From positions 1 through 19,561 of the IMG/VR virus record IMGVR_UViG_3300028887_000096: a DNA stretch of 19,561 nucleotides; one strand, given 5' to 3'. Position 1 is the first letter of the stretch. Every line of letters starts with the position of its first letter. The notes below the pieces were generated by a model that was given only the letters and a program-made list of their open reading frames with translations, did no database searches and had not been told where the DNA came from. The stretch comes from a virus (taxonomy: Duplodnaviria > Heunggongvirae > Uroviricota > Caudoviricetes). Position numbers and translations under genes: made by a program. Positions 1 through 8,200 of the stretch are shown here, in pieces.

Positions 1-2
1 AT

Positions 3-1418
3 ATCCCCATCACGAAAATCAATCTGGTGTCCCGCTCAATCGTGGCGGCAAGCTCTCGCGAGAAGAATTTCCTGTTCAGGTTTGGCGATTCCGATGTCCC
101 GATGGATGTAGTCCATAACGGGAAGACCTATAAGGTCCGCCCCGTGGCGACAAACATCGAGGAATGCATTCCGGTGAACTCGGCTTTGCTCAGGATTACG
201 TCGAAGCGCGAATACGAAGGTTCGTTCGACCCGTATGTATGCGTCCAGGTTGGCGACAGTTTCATCGCGTTCGTGATGAGTCTTGATTCCCCGGTTCACT
301 ACGAGTCATCGAACCCGCCTGCACCGGGAACCGAAGAATACAACCGTATGATGCAGCAGGCCGAGATCATGCGGAACGGCATGAACGAACCGCGTCCCAT
401 TTCGGTAATCATTGCCAACATGGGCGAGGAGAAACTCCCCGAAGACCTGCCGGGCACGATCATGATGAGCATTACCCGCAAGTTCCTCGACACCAAGAAG
501 TTCGTGTATTCGTTTACGGAAAACGGTGCACTGAACCCGCAGAAACGCGCAGTTGTCGATTACAAGCCGTTGCCGGAAAAGTTCGATGCCTATGTCAAGT
601 CCTTCAGGACGATGTTCGACAAGGGCCTGCATCGCGGTATCTGCTTCGTCGGCAGTCCTGGCTGCGGCAAGAGCACGCTTATGCGCCAGATTTCCGACCG
701 TTTCCCGGAATATATGACAATCCGCCTGGAACCGGACATGTTGGACCGCCCCCAGGCGCTCCGCAACATGTACGAGTTCATCCGCGTGATGCGCAACGTG
801 ATTATTCTCTGCGACGACCTTGACGGATGGGTCAAGAAGGACAATGCGAAGGACCGCCACATTTCCAAGTGGATTGAGGTGTTTGATCGCCTGAACGAGC
901 TCCATACCAGCGACGGGGTGTCGTACCTGTTCTGCTGCACGATGAACGACCCGAGCGTGGTAAACAGCACTATCATCCGCCGCAGCGGCCGTATTGACGA
1001 AGTGGAAACGATTGGCAAACTTACCCGGGAACAGCTCAACTACCTGCTTCCGACGTATGATGCCGCAGTGAATGGGCAGTCGAAGACTGACTTTACTGCG
1101 CCGGAGTTCGACTGTGTGAAGGATGCCATCATCGCCCGCAACTTTACCCCGGCGGACATCTACAACATCTTCTCGCATGTGGCAATCGACGGTACGTTTG
1201 CCGGTACCTACACGCCGGAGATGCTGATGGAAACCTTCACTGTTATCGAGCAGCGTAACGCGGCATCCCATACCAACTTCCTTGACGATGGGAGCGGCGG
1301 GCAGCCTGGTTTCTGGAACAACATGCCGAAGCCGGAACAGGATCCTCCGTATAATCTTCCCATAAAGCATGCTACGCTCGGGGTCGATACTCCGTTCCCC
1401 GGCCAGATGCAGCAATAA
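3..1418 (+). CDS. Classical-clade AAA ATPase (BCS1/FtsH/Cdc48-like ATPase module), probably 5'-truncated by the window edge
   Basis: Walker A GSPGCGKST, Walker B IILCDDLD, and sensor-1/SRH TMNDPSVVNSTIIRRSGRIDE. The frame is open from nt 3 (ATC CCC ATC ACG AAA ATC AAT CTG GTG), so the GTG at 27 in the ORF track may not be the real start. Ends at TAA 1416-1418. Confidence 0.85.
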   Translation: MPITKINLVSRSIVAASSREKNFLFRFGDSDVPMDVVHNGKTYKVRPVATNIEECIPVNSALLRITSKREYEGSFDPYVCVQVGDSFIAFVMSLDSPVHYESSNPPAPGTEEYNRMMQQAEIMRNGMNEPRPISVIIANMGEEKLPEDLPGTIMMSITRKFLDTKKFVYSFTENGALNPQKRAVVDYKPLPEKFDAYVKSFRTMFDKGLHRGICFVGSPGCGKSTLMRQISDRFPEYMTIRLEPDMLDRPQALRNMYEFIRVMRNVIILCDDLDGWVKKDNAKDRHISKWIEVFDRLNELHTSDGVSYLFCCTMNDPSVVNSTIIRRSGRIDEVETIGKLTREQLNYLLPTYDAAVNGQSKTDFTAPEFDCVKDAIIARNFTPADIYNIFSHVAIDGTFAGTYTPEMLMETFTVIEQRNAASHTNFLDDGSGGQPGFWNNMPKPEQDPPYNLPIKHATLGVDTPFPGQMQQ

Positions 1419-1449
1419 GTGTGTGCCATAATAGAAATCCGATAGAAAC

Positions 1450-1474
1450 AGCCCGCGGGAGACCGCGGGCTTTT
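1450..1474 (+). terminator. Intrinsic terminator hairpin between convergent genes
   Basis: GCCCGCGG-GAGA-CCGCGGGC (8-bp GC stem, GNRA loop, 1451-1470) followed by TTTT. Lies between the AAA stop and the neck gene stop. Confidence 0.75.
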
Positions 1475-1478
1475 ACGT

Positions 1479-2492
1479 TTACCACATCCCGAACTTGTTG
1501 CTGCAGGCATACCAGTCCGGGTCCTGCGTGACGTTCTTGACGCACTTCTTGACTTCCGGTGGGTGGAACAGGACATCCTTCTTCATCTCGTCCACGATGT
1601 CCGAGACGTCGAAGGCGTAGCCCGGGGTGATGCTCGTGGCCTGCTGTTCCCCGGTTGCTCCGGTCTGGAGGTTGTTCAGGCCGAGGAGGTTGTCGATGAA
1701 GTGGCGCTGCTCCGGGTCGTTCTTCACGCTCTCGGAGACCTGCATGCCGTTGTCGAGTGCGACTTCGAGGTAGAGCTTCCAGAAATACTTTCTCCACTTG
1801 TATTCGTATTCCGGGATCTCGTCGGTGACGCTGCTGACGTTATAGAGCTTGTTGTCGTAGAGCGGTTTCAGCTTGTCCCCGGCCTTGGGGAAAATCTGGT
1901 CCGCCGTATAGCCGAAGTAACGGAATTCCTCGTAGCCGCGCTGCCACCAGATGGGGTTGTGCTCCTTCGGGTCGCATTTCGGCACCACGCCTTCCCTTCG
2001 GAGGCTTGCGTAGTTCCGTTCGAGGAACAGCGGCATGTGGAGGTAGATTTCCTGCTTCGCCGTGTATTGGAGACCGAAGCGCTTGTAGAGCTCGTTCTGC
2101 GGGTTGAAACCGACGAGGGCCGGTATCTCGAAGTACCGGTCTATCGTGCGGTTGTTGTCCTCCTTGTGGAGGGGGTCCGAGCTGACATCGAAGGTGGTCG
2201 TGTAGTAGGCGAACTTCGTGCCGGCCTGGCGCTTCATTACCGCCTTGATCATGACGTCGTAGCGGTTCTGGTCGCGGAACGAGTTGTGCTGGCGGAAGTG
2301 GTAGGTGTAGCCCTTGTCTTCCGTATGCTCGAACTCGGGCTGGTTGGCCTGTATCTTTTCGGGGCGCTCGACGAAACCCTGGGCACGCTTGTTCCAGAAC
2401 GGCATTGATACGTTCGCTAGGACGCTGAAATTGGGAACGAGGCGCGATGTGTGGCGGACGTTCGCCTTGATGTCGAGTATGAGTTCGGGCAT
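1479..2492 (-). CDS. gp14: T4 gp14-like neck (head completion) protein
   Basis: Blocks in the same order as in T4 gp14 as I recall it: DPLHKEDNNRTIDRYF (cf. DLIFGED..KF), YKRFGLQYTAKQEIYLHMPLF (cf. [21 protein letters not shown]), PKAGDKLKPLYDNKLYNVSSV (cf. [21 protein letters not shown]). 337 aa. Confidence 0.75.
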   Translation of the reverse strand: MPELILDIKANVRHTSRLVPNFSVLANVSMPFWNKRAQGFVERPEKIQANQPEFEHTEDKGYTYHFRQHNSFRDQNRYDVMIKAVMKRQAGTKFAYYTTTFDVSSDPLHKEDNNRTIDRYFEIPALVGFNPQNELYKRFGLQYTAKQEIYLHMPLFLERNYASLRREGVVPKCDPKEHNPIWWQRGYEEFRYFGYTADQIFPKAGDKLKPLYDNKLYNVSSVTDEIPEYEYKWRKYFWKLYLEVALDNGMQVSESVKNDPEQRHFIDNLLGLNNLQTGATGEQQATSITPGYAFDVSDIVDEMKKDVLFHPPEVKKCVKNVTQDPDWYACSNKFGMW

Positions 2493-2497
2493 GCCAA

Positions 2498-2504
2498 TAG
2501 TTTA
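2498..2504 (-). promoter_or_regulatory. Class B motif TAAACTA (putative late promoter), 5 nt before the gp14-like ATG
   Basis: The minus strand reads agtctc TAAACTA ttggc ATG. The same heptamer recurs in other intergenic regions of this window. Confidence 0.55.
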
Positions 2505-2546
2505 GAGACTGGCGGTCCGAAAACTGCCCCGCGACCCCTCCGGGAC

Positions 2547-2555
2547 TATAAACTA
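2547..2555 (+). promoter_or_regulatory. Class B motif TATAAACTA (putative late promoter) for the gp6/gp7 operon
   Basis: ACTATAAACTAGGG at 2545-2558 is identical over 14 nt to the minus-strand copy at 16823-16836. It ends 23 nt before ATG 2579. Confidence 0.65.
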
Positions 2556-2578
2556 GGGATAAGTTTTGGATCAAGAGA

Positions 2579-5212
2579 ATGGCAGCCAGGAAATATACTA
2601 AAATACGGTTCGAGGACATCCAGTCCGAACTGATGACCATTTTGAAGGCCAAGGGCGGACCCCTCGCTGACCTCTCCGACAGCTCATACGGTCGTATCCT
2701 CCTCGACCTGTTCGCGGGCACCGCGGACCTCATGGCGTATTACGCAGAATCGTCCTTCCAGAACGCTTTCCTGGAAACGGCGACCAACCTCGGGTCCATC
2801 TATGCCGGTGGCCGCATGCTCGGCTACAGCCCGAGACGCCCCGTTCCCGCAAAGGCGGGCGTCGGCATTCAGACCACGACGACGGGCCAGTATGACACGA
2901 TCCGCGTGTTCATCCCGAAGGGCTGTGAATTTGCCCTCGGCGGGCTCACGCTCACCGCAATGTCCGACATGGAGTTTTCCTATGACCGCAACCTGGACGC
3001 GAACCACACGGGCCTCATGACGCTCATGAGCGGCTATGCCGTCCTCGCGGAAGGTATCAGCAAGACGGTGAACTTCGTGTCTTCCGGCAAGCAGCACCAG
3101 GTATTCATCATCAACGACCCTACGTTTGCCGACTATTTTGGTGAAAGCGACCCGAATTATGCCGATGACGGCAACGTTTCACACCGCGCGTCGGGTTTCA
3201 CGACGGTGACTTCCGATGCGACGCTCGTTGACGGGGTCGATATGGACTCCGTCATGGCCGACCGTCTCTACTGGCGAATTTCCCGCCGCGGTTTCACGGA
3301 TCCGTCCAAGGATTCTTCCGCCAACGACCTTTCCGGCTTTGTCCCGGGTTCCGGCAGCTACACGACCAACTATACCGTAATCCTGAACACGTCCAACGAC
3401 GGCAACGTCCAGATGAAGTTCAGCGACGGTCTCAAGGCGGCAATCCCTTACGGCATCATCTCCGTGACCTACTTCTCCACGCATGGCGAAGCGGGCAACC
3501 TGACCAACGTTTCCGGCTCTACGCTTTCGACATCTGCCTCCAGCATCACGATTACGCAGGCCGACGGTTCCGAGAGTGACATCACGATTAACGACCTCAA
3601 CATCGCGCTCACTACCGACATCAGCGGTGGCCAGCCGATGGAAAGCGCCGAGTCCATCAAGAACAACTCCCCGGAAATCTACAACACGCTCGACCACCTC
3701 ATCAACGGCACGAGTTACAGCGTGTTCCTCCGCCGCTATGCGGACGTGAAGTATGCGATTGCTTTCGGCGAAGACATCCTCAATACGAAACTGAGGAACG
3801 GTGGCATCAATGTGAAGTATATGAACCAGGTGCGTTTCTCCGCGTTGAAGGACCTTTACCGCGAGCGTGAGGGCACTTACTACCCGACCACTTCCGACGA
3901 GTATTTCCTTTCCGGCGCGAAGGTCAATGGCCTCATGTACACCTGGGAATACGATTACCAGGATGTCGATGCGATTGGCGCGGTGAACCAGACCGAGCTG
4001 CGGAATACGATTGAGGCAATCCGCACAAAGCTGGCTTCCGACCTTGCTGCCAACCATCTCGGTAGCCGCTGGGTGGACGGCGCGTCTGACCCGGAAGGCT
4101 TCGCCAACGAAATCATCTCGAACTACCTTACCGCCCTTGTCCCGAAATACCCGCTCGACTACAAGGTGTTCAACGCGAACCTCAGCCCGATGGATTTCGT
4201 CGAGCCCGGTTCCGAGCTGCACTCCATCATGGTTGCGCTCAACCGCCGCGGCATGCTTACCGTCGGTGGCGGGTTCCACTCCTACGTCTATCCGTCCGTG
4301 CACACGATGCAGCTGCTCATGGACGTTACCCTCTACAAGGGCAACAAGTTCACCGACATCCGCGACCGCATCAAGAACGTGGTCTATGCCTACTTGAAGG
4401 ACAACACGGAGTTCTCCGTCCCGATCTACCGTTCCCGCATCGAGGCGCTCATCCACCAGATGGTCGAGGTGGCCGGCGTGGATGTCCGTTTCGAGCCGAT
4501 TGATGACGGGTTCCGCAACCTCGACCTTGCCACCCTCCCGTGGCTCGGCGAGCTGACCTACGAGTATATCACGCCGGATTCCGTCGATGATGAGGGCAAC
4601 GAGTTCACCTTGCAGTATCGCTATGCCGGGGAGGCATCCGCTTCCCTCCATCAGGACGTGTTCAAGATGCGCAAGCAGACCGGCGAGATGGACCAGGGCA
4701 GCATGCAATACCGCATACAGGAGTTCTACAAGCAGAATGTGGCCCCGAAACTCGCTGCCGGCAAGCTGACCGACAAGCAGATCGATACGTTCGTCGCCTA
4801 CATCTGGGAACAGGTGATGCAGGAGATTTTCACCCCGGTTTACGAGGCGCTGACCGAGGCCCGCACTACCGGCGACGTGGCTACTGCCGGGCGCCTCTAT
4901 GACGTAATCAACGCCATCAAGGGCTGGAGCATGGAAGCCGACGGGCTTACGTTCAAGGACACCGAGAACGTGGTCGGCATGGCCGAAATCAACGGTTCCG
5001 GCCTTTACAGCTACATGCGCTATGGCCAGGAGTATATCAAGCTGGTGCGCAACGTGCTCGAATACTACGTGTGCGCGTCGCTCATCGACGAGCAGGGCAA
5101 CATCACCAACTACTCCAACCGCAACGAAATCGTGCAGATAGTGATTCCTACCGAGGGCATCGAGCTTTCTGTCGATTACAATGTCTCACTTAAGACTTCG
5201 ATGGATACCTAA
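2579..5212 (+). CDS. gp6: T4 gp6-like baseplate wedge protein (Baseplate J family)
   Basis: The N-terminus FEDIQSELMTIL...SSYGRILLDLFAGTADLMAYYAESSFQNAFLETATNLGSI...LGYSP matches the gp6 pattern (F.EIK..L...S.L..L.DLLAY....ESF..TA....S....GY.P). Also QMKFSDG...ISVTYFSTHGEAGN and ISGGQPMESAESIK. 877 aa. TAATG overlap with the next gene. Confidence 0.85.
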   Translation: MAARKYTKIRFEDIQSELMTILKAKGGPLADLSDSSYGRILLDLFAGTADLMAYYAESSFQNAFLETATNLGSIYAGGRMLGYSPRRPVPAKAGVGIQTTTTGQYDTIRVFIPKGCEFALGGLTLTAMSDMEFSYDRNLDANHTGLMTLMSGYAVLAEGISKTVNFVSSGKQHQVFIINDPTFADYFGESDPNYADDGNVSHRASGFTTVTSDATLVDGVDMDSVMADRLYWRISRRGFTDPSKDSSANDLSGFVPGSGSYTTNYTVILNTSNDGNVQMKFSDGLKAAIPYGIISVTYFSTHGEAGNLTNVSGSTLSTSASSITITQADGSESDITINDLNIALTTDISGGQPMESAESIKNNSPEIYNTLDHLINGTSYSVFLRRYADVKYAIAFGEDILNTKLRNGGINVKYMNQVRFSALKDLYREREGTYYPTTSDEYFLSGAKVNGLMYTWEYDYQDVDAIGAVNQTELRNTIEAIRTKLASDLAANHLGSRWVDGASDPEGFANEIISNYLTALVPKYPLDYKVFNANLSPMDFVEPGSELHSIMVALNRRGMLTVGGGFHSYVYPSVHTMQLLMDVTLYKGNKFTDIRDRIKNVVYAYLKDNTEFSVPIYRSRIEALIHQMVEVAGVDVRFEPIDDGFRNLDLATLPWLGELTYEYITPDSVDDEGNEFTLQYRYAGEASASLHQDVFKMRKQTGEMDQGSMQYRIQEFYKQNVAPKLAAGKLTDKQIDTFVAYIWEQVMQEIFTPVYEALTEARTTGDVATAGRLYDVINAIKGWSMEADGLTFKDTENVVGMAEINGSGLYSYMRYGQEYIKLVRNVLEYYVCASLIDEQGNITNYSNRNEIVQIVIPTEGIELSVDYNVSLKTSMDT

Positions 5213-8200
5213 TGAGAGCGATACCGTATAACGACGGCGGTCAGTTTAGACACAGCGACTTTGTCGCCTACCTCCCGGACTTCCTGAAGACGGAGCCCGA
5301 CGTTGTAGAGTTCGTCCAGGTGATGAGCGACTACATCAACAACGCATATCGCAACCTGCGGACGACCACCGAGTTCGAGATTGTCCGGGTGTGCTCCGAA
5401 ACGGACGTGTTCCGTGTCAAGCAGGCGCAGTCCAAGTTGAAGGACATGTTCGAGCACGCCATGCACAGGGCATCCCCCATCCTGCTCCTTTCCGCGCCGC
5501 GCAACAACGTGCGCAGCAACGCCGCCCTGGGCAACGTAAACGCGGAATATCCGGTTACCATGCGCGTCCAGACCGAGAAGGAGGACGTGGTTCCCAATGC
5601 CTCGATCAGGGGCCTCGGGACCGGCGTCGCCGACGGCCAGGTCGTGTATGTCGAGTTTGCCGGTGGGGATGTGCACCCCTATTACTATGACAAGGCTTCC
5701 GACAGCCTTCGCCCCGACCCGATGGGAAATTCCCAGGACCCGTTCGACGGGACCGACAATACCACGGACAGCGTGGTTTCCTTCGTCGTTGACGAGGTGG
5801 GGAGTGTCTATGCCCGTTACTTGAAGACGGTAAACGGGATCAACTACTACGAAGTCTATTTCCGCTTCCATGTGTCGTCGGTGTCCCGCACGGTGGAGAG
5901 TGGCGAGAACGGAAACCTCGTGGTTGACTACCTCAACTACGTGGTGAACCCTGGCGACCATATCAGGACGTCCCTCGTATCTACCGACAGCGCCGTGTAT
6001 TCATGGAAGAACGGTTTCCCGACCGGCATGTTCTACATGCGCGACATGAGCACGGCCAACATCGTGAACCTTTCCGGTGACGGCGGGGACATGGCGAAGG
6101 ACCCGTCCCAGGCCGATGTCACCGAGAAATGTGCAATCGCGACTGCAGAATACAGTTCCGGCGTGCTCCGGCTTACGTTCAAGCAGCTCCCGACAATCGC
6201 CGACGGGGCATACTGCTATCTCGTCCATCGCAAGAACAAGGACGTTTACTACGAGTTCAAGATGAGCTTCCCCGACCCGTCTTCGACGATGGCGGTGGAT
6301 GGCCTCGTCACGCTCACGCTCGTGCCCACACGCGCCTGCGACATGACGGCAATCGTGGAGAACATCACGCAGTATGAGTTCACCCAATATCCGCTCTTCG
6401 AGAGCTACTGGTCACTCGACTACGAGCACCCGAAGACGGTGGTCAAGTGGAATGCGCAGGTTCCCCTCTGCGGTCATGGGACGATAAGCTCCGGGAAGGC
6501 CTCCTTCCGTGGCTACCGCGATGCCGACATCGTGAATGATGTCGTGTATGAGGGATATGTCCCGAGTTCTCGCCTCTGCGGCGGTGACGGCTTCTACATG
6601 GACCATGGCGACTTTGACATCGGCGACCCGGTGTATTCCGACGACCTCATGTGGGAAGGGGTCGCGATGATCCGCGACAAGGTTACCGGCGTGTTTATCG
6701 ACGGTATCGAATATACGCAGTATTTCCTCAGCGAGGGTGTCCGCGTGGCCCGTTCCTCATACGGGAAGAAGGTCAACATCACCCGCGTCCGCGGCGGTAT
6801 CATCACCGCAGGGTCGGACAGCAACGCCGACTGTGTCTATTCTGGCGATACGATGCCTTCCGCGGGGGACTTGCTTTTGCTGACGGCGGTCGATGACCCG
6901 ATGGACCGGCACTTCATGCAGGTCGCCAGCGCGGCAGACCGCACAGTGTTTTTCGATTGCAGCACCCTGTCAATCGGCAAGCGCTATTTCGTCACCAAGC
7001 TCGTCAAGGACGAGAGCATGTTCGCGAACGGCGTAGTCCGCTATATCTATGGCGATGACGAGACCTCCGCGGTGCTCGATTTCTGTACCGGCATCAAGAT
7101 TACTACGGCCAAGTGGCTCGTTGCGACTGACCGCGAGACGGAAGGCAAGGCCCTCCTCGTCATGACGACCGGCGTCAAGACCGACGGCGAACAGCTGTTT
7201 GACGGGGACCTTGTTTACGATCCGGTCGATGACCAGATTGACGAGGTCCGTCACGGGATGCGCTATGCCGACAAGCTCTCTTGTCGCGCGTTCAATTTCA
7301 TCTCGATCCGTAACCAGTTTGTCCCGTTCTTTGGGCAGTATGACACGCTCGAACTCGGCGAGGAGCCGGATTACTCCCTCCCGCACGATGTCCTTACTTC
7401 GCTGACCTACATCCGCAAGGTGAACACGACTGGCCTGAAATTTGGCTACAAGGACAGGGAATGGCTCTATCATGCGGCGGAGCTGAATATCGCTGCCGAT
7501 GACCGCAACGGTTTCGTGGAGTTCATGTCCGCTGGCCAGTATTCCGACATCGTTGACAGCGACCTGACCAAGTTCCGGGATGCCGTAATCGACTATCCTG
7601 TGGTTGCCTATGGTGCCGACAAGGAAATCCGCAATGACATCGACTCCGTGATGGCCGTCGATAACAACGACGGGACATGGACAGTTACCGTGTCCTCTGC
7701 CGCGCACGGGCTCGTCGACGGCGTTACCGTGGATATTTCCGGCATCGACAGCGAGGATGCGCTCGCGAACGACATCCTGTTCAATCTTTCCGGCGTGGCC
7801 GTGCATGTCGTGGATAACGACACCGTGAGCTACACCGTGGAAACCGACGAGGTGTTTACCCGCCGCGTGTTCGAGATTTCCGACCAGGATGCGGTGATGG
7901 TCTATGACCGTTCATACAGGTATTCAGTGGCGGGTGTCCGCGTCAGCGACGATCCGGTTTCCGGCAATACCTACCTTCTCCGCGTGGAGGCGGTGAACGG
8001 TGACGGGGTGCTCCATGTGGGCCGCTCGCTCACTTTCGACAAGTGCTTTGTCCAGTTCCCCAATCTCCTCGAACCGGTCGAGCTTACCGGGACGCACGAG
8101 ATTATTTCCGACCCGGCTGCGGGCAGCTCCGACACGGACAAGTATGCCTGCATCGAGTATTCGTTCGGCGTGGATGTCCATGGACAGCAGGGAACTCCCG

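Noticed and set aside
1372-2733. Alternative-frame ORFs 1372-1797, 1563-2408 and 1840-2733
   Set aside because: They overlap the gp14-like gene, have Arg/Pro-rich out-of-frame composition, and cross intergenic signals.
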